DNA of 63,937 bases, the filler included, from Octopus bimaculoides (taxonomy: Eukaryota): assembly GCF_001194135.2 (NCBI RefSeq). It is 7 parts of 6 records of this genome, joined end to end, with 100 filler letters (N's around TTAATTAATTAA, not from the genome) between each part and the next. Parts side by side here need not be neighbours in the genome. Positions count along the whole stretch, not along the records: positions 1 to 16,147 come from NC_069006.1; positions 16,248 to 38,981 come from NC_068982.1; 5 more parts are not named here. One strand, written 5' to 3'. The notes below the pieces were generated by a model. It did no database searches. It was not told the origin of the DNA and saw only the letters and a list, made by a program, of their open reading frames with translations. This document shows, in pieces, positions 13,119-25,830 of this stretch. How positions within the stretch are numbered: the stretch's first letter is position 1; every line of letters starts with the position of its first letter. Position numbers and translations under genes: made by a program.

Positions 13119-13429
13119 TAAAAGAAGAAAAGAAAATGGAGATTACGAAGTTAATAACTGTTTATTATTAAGAGCAAATTGGACACCTTCACTTACAATC
13201 GTTTCAATTAATGCCCAATAAACTTTAACTTTACATTTATATGACATGAGCATAACATCATCAGAGGAAAAAGGATGTACCTTTGGGTGATATTGTGCTC
13301 ATATCACATAAATGTAAATTAAAAGTTTATCGAGTATTAATTAAGACGGCTATAAGTGAAGACGTTCAATTTGCTGTTAATAATAAGCAATTATTAACTT
13401 CGTAATCTTCATTTTCTTTTCTTCTTTTA
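13119..13429. mobile_element. Fold-back element with arms of about 140 bp and hammerhead-like motifs in the arms
   Basis: The left arm matches the reverse complement of the right arm at roughly 80% by eye. The minus-strand left arm reads CTGATGA...GAAA-CGATTG-TA (13187-13270). Confidence 0.75.
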
Positions 13430-14314
13430 TATATATTTATATATANNNNNNNNNNNNNNNNNNNNNNNNNNNNNNNNNNNNNNNNNNNNNNNNNNNNNNN
13501 NNNNNNNNNNNNNNNNNNNNNNNNNNNNNNNNNNNNNNNNNNNTATATATATATATATATATATATATAATTAGAAAACAACAAGAAGATGGAAAAGAAA
13601 AGAAAACATGGCTTAGACAAATAGTCTACAAGCCCAATATGCTAAAAGCAAATAATTATTTACCAAATTTTTCTTCAGCACACTACTATAATTGTTTACT
13701 TTTACTTGAGTTTACTCCGTTAGCATAATCATGTTAGTATTTTCCTTATATATAGTTTCTTGATAATATCTTTTTTAAAACATCTTGACCCCCACCTTCA
13801 ATTGCACCTATCAGTTAAAAAATTATAGTATTTCCTAGATCTTTACAAGCTCACTCTTTTACCTACCGACCCTGTAGCCCCTGATGGTAAATAATTATTT
13901 GCTCTTAACATACTGGGCTTCTGGACTATTTGTCTAAGCCATGTTTTCTTTCCTTTTCCTTCTTCCTTTTGTATATATTCTATGCTCTTGTTTTTAACTC
14001 TGATGAAGATCCGTTGCTTTAATTCGAATGCACTATGACAGATGAAGAAACTTATTCTCGCAATTATGTAGAGACTGCATTTTGGCAATCTGATCAGTAA
14101 CGGCCGTATTTTGTTGTCATGCTTTGTATTAAAAAATAAGCTATAAATGGGGTTCAGTCGATGTGTTGGTTAATCTGTGATTTTCTCCATTTTCTAATTA
14201 TTTGCATCGGTTCCTGATAAACTCTTGTTTATCCTGTTGTTATCTGCACTGTACGTGTATGGTGTCCCTGCACACCAATGCCCGGGGATAATACAGGTAA
14301 CGTGTTCTTAAGCA

Positions 14315-14462
14315 AAACACTTCATTTCCCGTTGCTCCAGTCCATTCAGTTCGGTAAATGAATAACCGCGCGACGGACTGGCGTCCCAATCGGGGTTGAG
14401 GTGATGTTGTGATCTCGGTGACTTATACGCCATGGAAACCAGTTATCCGGCCCTGGGACTCG
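14315..14462 (+). mobile_element. 5'-truncated tRNA-derived SINE (family D-like)
   Basis: gtgttcttaagcaaaacacttcatttcccgttgctccagtcc...ggactggcgtccc...ccatggaaacc. Confidence 0.55.
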
Positions 14463-14713
14463 AAACTCTATTCATTTACACAGCGTGAATTGCGATTCTG
14501 AAATAATTTTTTTCCCAAAACTTTCAATTTTTGTTTTCATTTTTGTCGCTTTGTCCAGTGCTTTGTTCTTTTTCCACATGAAATATGTCATGTCCCGCTT
14601 TACTGTTCGTTTTGTAAAAAGCTAAGCTACTCGACGATTCGATTTCGATTCTCAGTTTCAACCAGGACAGTTTCATTTATCACACTTAACGCTTCTTTCT
14701 TTTCTACTCGAGG

Positions 14714-15098
14714 CACAAGGCCTGAAATTTTGTAGGACCGGGCCAGTCGATTAGATCGACCCCGAAAGGACGAAAAGCAAAGTCGACCTCAGCGGAATTT
14801 GAACTCAGAACGTAAAGACAGGCGAAATGCCGCTAAGCATTTCGGCTGGCGCTCTAACGTTTTTTTATTTCTATATTACCCACAAGGGGCTAAACATGGA
14901 GGGGACAAACAAGGACAACAAAGGAATTAAGTCGATTACATCGACCCCAGTGCATAACTGGTACTTAATTTATCGACCCCGAAAGGATGAAAGGTAAAGT
15001 CGACCTCGGCAGAATTTGAACTCAGAACGAAAAGACAGGCGAAAGACCGCTAAGCGTTTCGGCTGGCATTCTTACGTTTCTGCCAGCTCGTCGCCTTG
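14714..15098 (-). mobile_element. Two tandem family A SINEs
   Basis: rc motifs cccgaaaggatgaaaggcaaagtcgacctcggc and aatttgaactcagaacg each occur twice. Confidence 0.85.
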
Positions 15099-15524
15099 CA
15101 CTTAACGCTTCTTTGAGAAAAGAATGAACGTCACACAATCTTATAAACCTCTTTTCTAATAAACTCGATAACCGTCGTTGATGCAATGTTCTTTAAGATG
15201 AAAGAAAAACAAAAAGACTGATGCTGAGAAGTGTAGAAAAGGAACAGATATGTATAAAACGAATGTACATTAATGGCGCAGTTTTATTACGTTAATGCTG
15301 GTGCAGTCTGTCATTGCACATTGTTGGTGCATGTTTTCTGGACGGAAGAAAGAAGGGGAAGAGAATAATGGAATAAACGACATTTCCAGCTGTGGCAATA
15401 TTGACACAACAAACGCCTGTAACTTCATAGAAGATGCTTTATTGTTATTGTTGTTGTTGTTATTATTATTTTTTTTTTATTATTATTATTATTGTTGTTG
15501 CTGTTGTTATTTAAGAATTATTTA

Positions 15525-15732
15525 AGGCGGCGTGCTGGCAGAATCGTTAGCACGCCGGGCAAATGCTTAGCGGCATTTCGCCCGTCGCTACGTTCTGAGT
15601 TCAGATTCCGCTGAGGTCGACTTTGCCTTTCATCCTTTCGAGATCGATAAATTAAATACCAGTGAAACACTATGGTCGATGTAATCGACTAGTCCCCTCC
15701 CCGAAAATTTCAGACCTTGTGTCTATAGTAGA
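15525..15732 (+). mobile_element. Family A SINE with (ATT)n tail
   Basis: Full consensus match with CpGs intact. Confidence 0.85.
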
Positions 15733-15869
15733 AATTATTATTATTATTATTATTATTATTACAATAAGAAGGGTGTGACTGCTATCGAATGAGATGTCCA
15801 AATATTGTTCATTCGATAACAGTCGCACTCTTCTTATTGCTTCTTTACTTCCTGGAGGAGTAACATCAA

Positions 15870-15878
15870 TTATTATTA

Positions 15879-15922
<44 letters not shown>

Positions 15923-16147
15923 GAGTGAGAGAGCAGTGCATGCCATCAAAGTGACACTGGGGTACAAATATCCAAAGCCCAATATACCCACCATGATTAC
16001 CCGTCTGATAAGGGTAAACCAGGCACATGCATCACAACCATATGTGCACGACATGGTGATCTCATATCAAGATAAACAGCGCATGACCTCGCAGGTGGGG
16101 CCCGGTTAGAAATTCAGGTCGAGTAGCCAATCCCGCTGAAAAGGTCT
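15870..16147 (-). mobile_element. 3' end of a retroelement abutting (TAA)n, possibly R4/Dong-clade
   Basis: gagtgagagagcagtgcatgccatcaaagtgacactgggg... directly adjoins an (ATT)n tract. Dong elements are known to sit in TAA repeats. The family call is from memory. Confidence 0.45.
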
Positions 16148-16247
16148 NNNNNNNNNNNNNNNNNNNNNNNNNNNNNNNNNNNNNNNNNNNNTTAATTAAT
16201 TAANNNNNNNNNNNNNNNNNNNNNNNNNNNNNNNNNNNNNNNNNNNN
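16148..16247. other. Artificial 100-bp scaffold spacer (44 N + TTAATTAATTAA + 44 N). The same 12-mer sits in N runs at 39026, 50231, 52941, 55624 and 62867.
   Basis: The identical six-frame-stop 12-mer lies inside N runs six times. I counted 44 N on each side for the first two. Confidence 0.95.
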
Positions 16248-16512
16248 CTCTAGCTTTTGTTAGATTGATATTATTTCTTTCATTTATTTGTTTCTATTTT
16301 AAATTAATTTCACAAAAATTTGGTGGTTTCTCTGAAAATTTTAATGTTTTGTTGGTTTATTTCATCCTTTCGTATACCATTCAGCAATGAAAATGATTGC
16401 AACACTCTTCTAGTATTCACTAAAAATTGAAAATAATGGATTTATAAAATTTCTGTTTCCCTATTAAATATAAAATACAGTGTGTATATGTTTGTGAGTA
16501 TATTTGTGTGCA

Positions 16513-16554
<42 letters not shown>

Positions 16555-16557
<3 letters not shown>

Positions 16558-17150
16558 ATGGCTGTGTGGTAAGAACCACTTGTTTTTGGGTTCAATCCCA
16601 CTGCATAGCACCTTGAGCAAGTGTCTTCTTCTATAGCCTCGGGCCAACCAAAGCCTTGTGAGTAGATTTTGTAGGAGGAAACTGAAAGATGCCCATTGTA
16701 TATATATATACAGGGTGGGTGAATAAATTGTCGTCTAAATTACACAAAAATGAAAATAACACTGACAAATCATTCTAACAGATATATTTACCAAAATTGC
16801 ATAAAAATATCTTGAAATACTAAAGAGTAAATTTATTCAATATAATTGCCATTGGCTTCAACCATGGCCTCCAGACAACATCAGAATCTCCTACAATTCT
16901 TCTGAGCGGTCTCCTTGTTTAAGTTGGTGAATGCTGCCATAATCCTTGCCTTCAGTTCATCTTTAGTGTTACAAGTTTTGTTGGTCTCTCGCTCAACTGT
17001 GCCCCACACATAATAATCAAGAGGTTGCAGATTGATAGAACAAGTACTAGGCTTACAAAGAATAAGTTCTGTGTCGATTTCTTTGACTAAACCCCTTTAA
17101 GGCTCTGCTCCAGCATGGTCACAGTCAAATGACTGAGACAAGTAAAAGAA
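16555..17150 (+). mobile_element. Family B SINE interrupted by a maT/mariner terminal fragment (16711-about 17033, minus strand)
   Basis: SINE head, then TA|CAGGGTGGGTGAATAAATTGTCGTCT TIR and transposase C-terminal sequence matching 50311-50630, then SINE tail. Confidence 0.75.
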
Positions 17151-17190
17151 TCTGCAACCTCTTGCATATATGTGTATGTGTGTGTAAATA

Positions 17191-17228
<38 letters not shown>

Positions 17229-18166
17229 AATATGTCTGTGTAGGTGCAGAAGTTAAGAAGTTGATTTTGCAATGATGAGATCTAGGATTTGATTGTGTGG
17301 CATCTCATGCAGGTGTCTTTTATTGTAGTGTCCAGTTGGAGTAAGCCTTGTGAGTGAAATTTGATAAAAGAAACTGTGTAGACCCCCACAACCACCACCA
17401 CCACTGTTGGATCATATTTGTAATCCAACAGTCCAGACCCACCAGACCAGACATACAAGCCAATCCTGAATCTTGGCCTTTTTCAACAACAGAGATGGGA
17501 CAAGTGTGTTTGTTTGTGTGTGTATGTGTATATAGATATATGTATGTGTATATGTGTGTGTAGGCATGTCTGCATATTTGTGTGTATATTGTAAGTTCCT
17601 ATCACTTGAATGGTATCGGCGAGTGGGGGCGGTGTTTTTTTGCTTTTTATTTTTGGCATCCATTGAAAATATATTAGAAAAAACCTCATTTTCTGTTTCT
17701 TCTTTTATTACCACATTGTGTGAATTGACCTGTCTGCACATATATGAATGTTTGTCTGGCTGAGCGAATCAATGTTCCTATTAGATATATGATAATATTA
17801 AATCAGTTCAGTATTAAAGCTGATTGAGTTTCAATCTATGGAATCTAGGTTTTATTTAAATATTCTGTGAAAACTTTTAAGCAAATCTGAAATGGAAATT
17901 CAGACTTAAATAAATTCTTTCAGTTGTCTCATATAACCTGGAGAAATCAAAGCTTGTAAATGTTGATTTCTTTTTCTGAAAAAAGATCATTCTAGTACAA
18001 TGAGATGATTTGAAAGAGATTTGGCTGCTGTTTCTAATAATTTGAGCAGTGGCTTTAGTGACTCTCTCTTTGATACATAGTTAGCCCTAGAAATATTATA
18101 ATCGAATTTTTTTTTTTTTTGTCACAAATTATGACTATGACTATCCATTCTGTCCTTTTTTTTTTT

Positions 18167-18382
18167 TTAACTCTTTAGCATTAAAACTAGCTCGAGTATT
18201 TCATTTGTTTTATGTTCAAACCAGCCAGATTAGGCTACATAAACTTACCCTACAATGTCATTTTAAAACATAAATCACATTATTGAAATCTTGAAGCTAC
18301 AAGATAATGTATGATTAATTCAAAACCATGTGAATAAATAAGCATTACATTTTATTGAGTAATCTGAATGTTAAAGTATTAA
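18167..18382. mobile_element. piggyBac-type MITE (ttaaccctttagca...tgctaaagggttaa family), decayed
   Basis: TTAA-flanked with CCC/GGG-like termini. Internal sequence is shared with 25069-25296, 35127-35345, 37219-37385 and 38482-38683. Confidence 0.7.
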
Positions 18383-19146
18383 GATGATAGATGTAGTTAC
18401 CTTTTCTGGCATGTTTAGCTACCATACAGGTGCTTTTTAGTTGCCTAATTTGAATAGCTAAATAGGTTGGGCAATATATTTAACACAGTTTCTATGTAGA
18501 TGAGAGTGAGTCTGATTTTGGCAGATACAATCACAACTCTGTGTTATTAGACCTCTTCAGGGAAAGCATAGCCTTTCAATATCCCAAATAACTAAGATAT
18601 TAATCAAAATTAAGTGTTTGTTTTAGTGTAGCTAGAATTCTTTTTGAGATTTCCAAATACTCTTCCATAAGTTCTATGTTAAGTGTTTCATTTCCAAATA
18701 CTTCCTCAGCTTTTCAAAGCTTAACGTTTCCTTTAGTTACATAACAATTTAACAAATTGATACAGATTTAATTTATCTGTAAATATAACTGCTTCTCTTC
18801 TTTCATTATTCAATTATCATTGTCATATGGTAATGTAATACTTCTGACATATTCCCAATTACATAATTTCTCTTTTATATGAATGCAAAGTAAAATATTA
18901 TTCTTCCATATATTCTGCATCTGAAAGACAGTGGAGCTGAAATTATATGACGATAACTGAAACAAAATCCCCTCCCTCTTCCTTGAAAATGACAGGTAGC
19001 TTGTCATGCTTAAATTATTACATACTCATTTCTTCTCATAGCAATATATGTATATGAATAACAAAATTTTATTACACTCATATTCACAAATATACCTTTC
19101 TAAGTTTTCTGATATGGAGTCTCTTTTACTTCTGTTTTTTTTCCAG

Positions 19147-19273
19147 ATATTGCCACATTGTTAGTTTATTTTGGTGCTTTACTTACTTGGCCTTCTTCCG
19201 TACCGCATCTTGGTTTGGTTTTCCAGCACCACCTGCTTTTGCTAATGCAGTACAACTGTTTTTAACCTTACGG
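19147..19273 (+). CDS. MBOAT7: Internal coding exon of an MBOAT7/LPIAT1-like lysophospholipid acyltransferase (127 nt, phase 2 in, phase 0 out)
   Basis: Pyrimidine-rich acceptor ...ttttttttccag| and donor cgg|gtaagt. Translation (x)YCHIVSLFWCFTYLAFFRTASWFGFPAPPAFANAVQLFLTLR resembles recalled human MBOAT7 CHALALAWTFSYLLFFRALSLLGLPTPTPFTNAVQLLLTLK. Confidence 0.92.
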
Positions 19274-20456
19274 GTAAGTTACTTAAACCCATTAAGTTTT
19301 TTTAATGCTAGATTATTGCTATTTTAAGCAAACATGTGAAGATAAATCAAAAGAACAGTCTTTTATATATATGTTACTGCTAGCCTGCACTTATAATTGT
19401 TGATAGTTTGGCTGTTATGAGTTTCTTCATGGTAGAAGATATGATTTTTCAAGTTATTGATTACAGCTAACAAGGAAGTAACTGGCTCATTAAATGGGAA
19501 TGGTTCCTGAAATGCCTAAGAACTTTTAATTTTTGTCATCATTATTTGTCACATCATGTTATATTTGCTTGTTCTCAGAAAGTTTAAAATGTTGGCTCAA
19601 ATAATAGCTTGAACACCAGATTGGTTTAAGTTCTTAAAAAGCAATTTTCTAAAAGTTCTGGGTTATTCAAGTATTCAAAATTTGTTTCTGATGTTATGGG
19701 TTGGGTATATAGTCTTCATTATTTTCTCTTTTATCCAATCCAGAAAATAGATTTAAACCTATATTGTTATGAATGGTTAACTGCAAGTCAGAAAGAGCTT
19801 TAACGGTAAGATACCTGCTCCATATGATGTAAGGTATCTCAAAGTGAAAAGGAAGTATGTCTTTCTGCATGGTAAATGGTTTATTAACTATTAACTATTT
19901 GTTCATGTGAATTGTTTGGAAGCTGGAGCCCATCAGTGCAGTTTACCAAGCTGGGTGATTAGTCAAAGATGATTGCAATGCTTACCAGACCATTCTTTGT
20001 ATAAAGACACTGCTGCATGTGTATTGGCTATATCATACTTTCATACCACATATTCACACATCCAGTAAAGTTTCTATAATCTCTAGTGACATTCATTTAA
20101 TGGACATTGTTATAGGCATTATTTTTCTTTAATGCCAGTAAATGTTAGTAAGGCTTGCGAAACTTCAATAAACCTTTTGCTGTCATATTTCTGTTGAAAA
20201 ACACTGCCTTTGTTTCTGTTCATTTCAAAAATAATGAAGAATTTATCAAAATAACCTTGTCATTATTATGTTGATTTTTTGGAACATAGCATGAAATTTT
20301 GATGGAAGGTTTAATTTACATCACTTTAAAACAAGTTGTTCGTATCTTAGAATCAGGGTTGTTCCAGGCAGGTTAGTATCAGAATTGTTAGTCTGTGTCT
20401 CTTCTACAAGACCTTGGTTTTTCTCTGATTCTTGTGTCAATTCATGAGGGAAGTAA

Positions 20457-20672
20457 GACGGCAAGATGGCAGAAGTGTTAGCATGCCAGGAAAAATGCTT
20501 AATAGTATTTCATATGTTTTTTTATGTTCTAAGCTCAAATTCTACCAAGGTCAACTTTGCTTTTCATCCTTTTGAGATCAATAAAATAAGTACTAGTTGA
20601 TCACTGGAGTCAGTGTAATTGACTAACCCCCTCCTCCAAAATTGCTGGCCTTGTGTCAAAATCTGAAATCAG
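20457..20672 (+). mobile_element. Family A SINE with systematic CpG decay
   Basis: gtcgac>gtcaac, gtcgat>atcaat and aatcgact>aattgact relative to copies outside 16248-38981. Confidence 0.8.
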
Positions 20673-23189
20673 TACATGAGGGAAGTTTCTATCCTACAAT
20701 CCATTCATGTAACCTACTCTGCTCTATTTAGTAGAAAAAAGTGATAACATGGCCAAATACGGTGCTTTCTTTCCTCTACAAATGGCTTATATCTTCTTCA
20801 ACACAAACAAGAGGACTGTATTAACCCAGCCCTTTACCTTTTGTTTTCTTTACTCTCTGCCCTCTTGCTTCACTTTCTTAAACCTACTCATATCTTCTAT
20901 TTGCACTACATATCTTTACCAGCATATTCATTTATCTCTGTTAAGAGATTCATTAGAAAAATCACGTAATCAGAAGCATGGAAGTTATAGGTTTGGTGTT
21001 CTAATTTTGTTCATGTCAGCTCCTCCTTCCACTACTGTTGTTACCACCACCACTAGGAAAGCTGACATGTTTAATTATACAGCACTTAATACAGTGGTAG
21101 CATTACATGAATAAGGGGAAAACTCATCTGAAAGAATTTGAATTTGTTTACTTAAGTGCCTCTCTTAATCCAAACAAAGCGATTGTTAGCAGGTGTGTTG
21201 TGTGTGAGATAGCAGCAGAATGGGTGGAGAGCATGAGAAAATGAAAGTGAAAGTGAATTGATCGTTTTTGCTTTTTTTTAAGCAGCAAAACATAATTGAA
21301 ACTGACAAGGCAACATAATATACTTCAGAATGAAAAGTGAAAGCAATAAACATTTACTTTAAATTTTGAAATTCTTATTGAGCATACAACAAGAAAATTG
21401 CTGGTAATGCTGTTAGTTTTATTGATTAGAGTGGAGTGGGATGTAGTTTGAAAGAAAAAAAAAAAAGAAACAAATGTAAAGCATTTTTAAATTGAAGCTT
21501 GAAGCAACATCAGGAAATATTATAATATTGATTTCAAATATAGGCACAAGGCCACAATGATTTTCTTTCTTGTTGGTGGGATGGAGATGAAGGTAACACT
21601 CAATTATGTCTACCTCAGTATATTATTAGTTCTTATTTCATCACCATTTCTTCCTTCAAGAAGTATGAAAGTGAATGCAAACTTCATCCGGATTTGAACT
21701 GAAAATATGAAAAGATGTAGCTAATTACAGCAAAGCATTTTGCTCGCTATTCTACCATTTCAGTGAGAACAGAACATATAGAAATAATGGTAGTGGTGGT
21801 ATTATTTTTTTTAAATGGACACATTTTTATGTAATTTTTGATAACAGTAAAAAAAAAATGAGTTGTTCTTATGTATGTTAAATTAGGGCTGACCTGAAGC
21901 AATACAACAGCTGTCATATTGAATACAAGCATAAATCTTTGAATAAGTTATGTTGTTGTTGATGCTGTTCAACCTTGATGTTTCAGCCATGATTATACAA
22001 TGTAAAATGACAGTAGGTTATGTTTGAGGAAGATTTGTCTGCTATTTATAGTAGATTGCGTAATAAGTATAAACACTCCGTTTTAAGTGATGTATTTTTC
22101 ATGTCTACACACATATACACTCAAATGGATAGTTTAAAATTTTCTCTATTTGAATATACATAGTGTTGGTACTATCTTCATGGAGAGACATCATAAGGTT
22201 GATAGAACTCTTTAGTTTTATCTTGTCAAAGACACAACCTCTGTAGTGCTGGTGCCATGGTAAAATTCAATGAGTATTCTCTATAAAGTAGTTGGTGTTA
22301 AGAAGGATGTCCAGCTGTTGAATTTGTGTCAAAATAAATCATATAAACATGATGCGGTCCTACTCATCATAACTAGAATGGCAGTAACTCCAAATAAAAC
22401 TTTCTCTCTGATGATGGTGACCTGTCTGACCCATGCCACCATGGAAAGCTGATGCAGCCATTCAGTTATGAAATAAGATGTCAGAGAATAAGTACATTAT
22501 TAGCAACTGCTTCTTTTGATTTTGTTGGAGTAAACAGGGTTAAGGTATTTTCAGTTGCGTAAAGGACCTAATAAAGTCAGTCTAATAGGTTTTCTACATC
22601 TTTTTTGTTGGGTGGGGGGATGCAATTAAGTTATTTAGAAAACAGTATTTGAAGCCATTGTCAGATAAATATTTTCCTTTTCTTATTTGTTTGTGCTATT
22701 GAGGTAACCATTCATTTCAGAACTATGAGCCATGGGGGAAGTAGGGGTCATCTTCATGCTAGGGGATGAGGGATTAAAGTATGAGAGATGGTCAGGGCAG
22801 ATTCTTGTAAAGGATCTGCATGGCTGCTGACATTTGGTAGAAGAGGAGGAAAGAAATGATCAGAAAGAGCTGCACATAATAGATAATGATGACGACCTGC
22901 CAAGGTGACCCCTCAAAGCACAAGATGAGTAGAAGTGGATAGGCAGGTGGTTTGCAAGATTGTATGGGGAGCAGGACATGAGGGTATAGGGAAGCATACT
23001 GCAGCTATAAAAATAGAAGTAATACTGTAAAATTGATGATATAGATATGTTAATGATCATAATGAAAATTTATGTAAGTTTTACACATACGCATGCACTT
23101 ACATATTTTTCATGGCAAGTTGTATGTGATAGTTCTGCAGATTTTGATAATAGATAATAAATTGTTGGGAACAATTATTTTACATCCAC

Positions 23190-23580
23190 CAGTGGTGCAT
23201 AGCCTAATGGTTAAGGGTGTTGCACTCACAGGCATCAAATCATGGGTTCAATTCCCGGACTGGGCAACATGTGTTCTTGAGCAAAACGCATTTCACATTG
23301 TTCTAGTGCTGTGTGGGGATGGGCATGTCAAAGAATAAACCCAACATTGGCTCTGTGTGTCGTAAAAGGTGACTGAAAGAGGTTGAGGTAGGATTTGCTC
23401 TCCAGCCTCGTAAAAACTCTCACCAGCGATGACTTTCCAAACAAACCCATGGGTTGGAGGGTTGTTGCCTGACTGGTGCAAAGGTGTCATTTGCCAAGGG
23501 TAGTAGGGAATCACCAACAAATGGTGGATGCAGCAGTGCACTGTTACAGCACTTGCCCTCACACTACTACTACTACACCA
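23190..23580 (+). mobile_element. tRNA-derived SINE with (ACT)n tail
   Basis: A box TAGCCTAATGG and B box GGTTCAATTCC run into a SINE body (gtgttcttgagcaaaac), not an acceptor stem. Confidence 0.65.
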
Positions 23581-25068
23581 GTGGCTAAATACTCTTGCTT
23601 TAGTAATTGGGCTACTATCTTGAAACCAATCAGGGACCAAATACATAACTCAGAATAAGATATCAGATGACTATGTGAGACTATGAGTTAGGTATAAATA
23701 ATCTAAGTACATACTCTAAGATAAGGTTGATAATCCAGAAAACTGTAATGTCAGCTGTCTTATAACGAAACATGAATGGCAATGCTAATTATTTCTCTGT
23801 GAAAGTAGATGTACCAACAATATTAAGTGAAGTAATTTAATTGCTTTATCTCAACTAATTGCCTAAGACAGAAGAATCATAGCAAAAAGTTACTAGTCTA
23901 ACATATTCACCGTCAGATGTTTTAATGACCATACTATTATTATTTATGGAGATGGACACACACACACACTGTAAATAAAAAGTCCACTGCTTGAACTCTC
24001 AGTGGCCTGAGGTACCCATCAAAAGGTAATCATCCATATTGAATTTCCTGTAGGAGGGAACAGCTAATTATATCAGTCTCAGTACTCACTGGTACTTATT
24101 TTAACATCCTTGGCAGGATTTGAACTCAAAGGATGAAGGATCGGATCTTTAAAAAGTTTAAATATCTTGCATTTAATCTGACATTCTAAAGATTCTGCCA
24201 ATGTACCTATATATCTCAGAATAAGTCTGCAATATTTTCCTTTTATTTTGTCTGTCTCTATTTTTGATCACTGATCTTAACAATTGTTTGTTAGCACTCT
24301 GAGATATGTCTTGGTTCATTTATGCTCTGAATATCTCTTCATTTTTGTGCTATTTTCATTACTCTTATTCATTGCATATAAGTACCATAGCTATACTTAT
24401 ATGTCTTTGTCACAACCAAAATATCTTTAAAAGTTATTTACACTCTGTCTGAGTTTGTATACAGCCTCTGCTATCCAATTATAATTTCATTGGCTATTTC
24501 TTTTTCGTTTCAAGATATATTTCAACCAGCAAAATTTCTGTTTCCAACACCCCCAGACAGTATGTAATGAGGAGTAATCAACCCTTGTAATATCTGGATG
24601 GTGGGCTTGTTCAGTATGTAGAAAGAGAGTAAACAGAGACTTAGTACTGTGTATTTAATGCTGTCAGCGGTTACACAAGTATTGTGATTCTCTACCAGAC
24701 TGGCAGGCAACCATAACTTTACATATGTTAAACCATAACAACATTCATGAATTGTAATCCACTGATGCTCAGAAATGGATCACTTTTTATACCATGGTTT
24801 CAAATTTTAGCACAAAGCCGGGAAATATCAGGGGCGGGGCTTGGTTGATTATATTGACCCCAGTGCTCAACTGGTACTTATTTTATTGACCATGAAAGGA
24901 TGAAAAGCAAAGTCGACCCTGGTGGCATTTGAAATTCTATGGTTACTATTAATGTTGGAAGCTGTGATAAAAACTGGTAGCTAAAATAAGAGAGACAGAA
25001 GGGAGGCATTTATAGATTTATTACCTCTAAAAATTAACAAACCAACAGAGGAGTCTCTATGTAGTTGC

Positions 25069-25296
25069 TTGACCCTTTAGCATTTAAACCAGCCATATCT
25101 GGCCCAAATATTCTACCTGTTTTATGGTGAAACTAACCAGACCTGGCCTCTCACATCTATTCTATAATGTATTTCTAAAATTAAACAATCACATTATCAA
25201 AATCTCAAAGCTGCAAGATAAAGCATGATTAATTCAAAACAATTTGAATGAATAAGAATTACATTTGTCAAAATAATCTGAATCCTAATGGGTTAA
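25069..25296. mobile_element. piggyBac-type MITE
   Basis: ttgaccctttagcatttaaacc...cctaatgggttaa. Confidence 0.75.
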
Positions 25297-25479
25297 CCTG
25301 CTAAATATCCTTCAGATGAGACTTTACTGTCTTAAAAGTTAACTCTTTGGATAATGTAGTTCTAGATCAACTAAAAGGGTGAAGACCCTCTTCAGTCATG
25401 AATGACCATGAGACTGCACCTAGAAAGTTTCCCTCCGAGGCCAAAGTCCAAGCATTTGTTATATATGCAGTTCCCGGCA

Positions 25480-25830
25480 TGGGTGTGTGGTAAGAAGCTT
25501 GCTTCCCAACCACATGGTTTTAGGTTCAGTCCCAATAAATGGGACAAGTGTTTTCTACTAAATTCCTTGGCCAACCAAAGCCTCATGAGTGGATTTGCTT
25601 GAAAGAAACTGAAAGGAGCCCATTGTATACATATATGTGTGTATGCATTTGTCTCCCACCACTGCTTGACAGCTGCTTTTGGTTTGTTTATGCCCCCATA
25701 ACTTAGCACTTTGGTAAGAAGATATCAATAGAATAACTACCAGGGTTAAAAACAAGTTCCGAGATCAATTTGTTTGACTGAACCCTTCAAAGCCCTACCC
25801 CAGGATGGCCGCAGTCCATTGACTGAAATA
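25480..25830 (+). mobile_element. Family B SINE, CpG-decayed
   Basis: Both head and tail modules are present. Confidence 0.75.

Noticed and set aside
16192-16203. Recurrent TTAATTAATTAA as a biological motif or spacer array
   Set aside because: It is always embedded in fixed N runs and is an assembly artefact.
20749-21114. 121-aa intronic ORF
   Set aside because: AT-rich low-information composition, no motifs, and no splice or start context.
22400-22455. CTGATGA...GGAAA hammerhead-like motif
   Set aside because: The register is wrong and there is no cleavage triplet. The sequence is the end of a family C SINE.
23190-23265. tRNA-like sequences (also about 40375-40450, 43503-43570 and family A/B heads)
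   Set aside because: The A/B boxes continue into SINE bodies with no acceptor-stem closure, so these are SINE heads and not tRNA genes.
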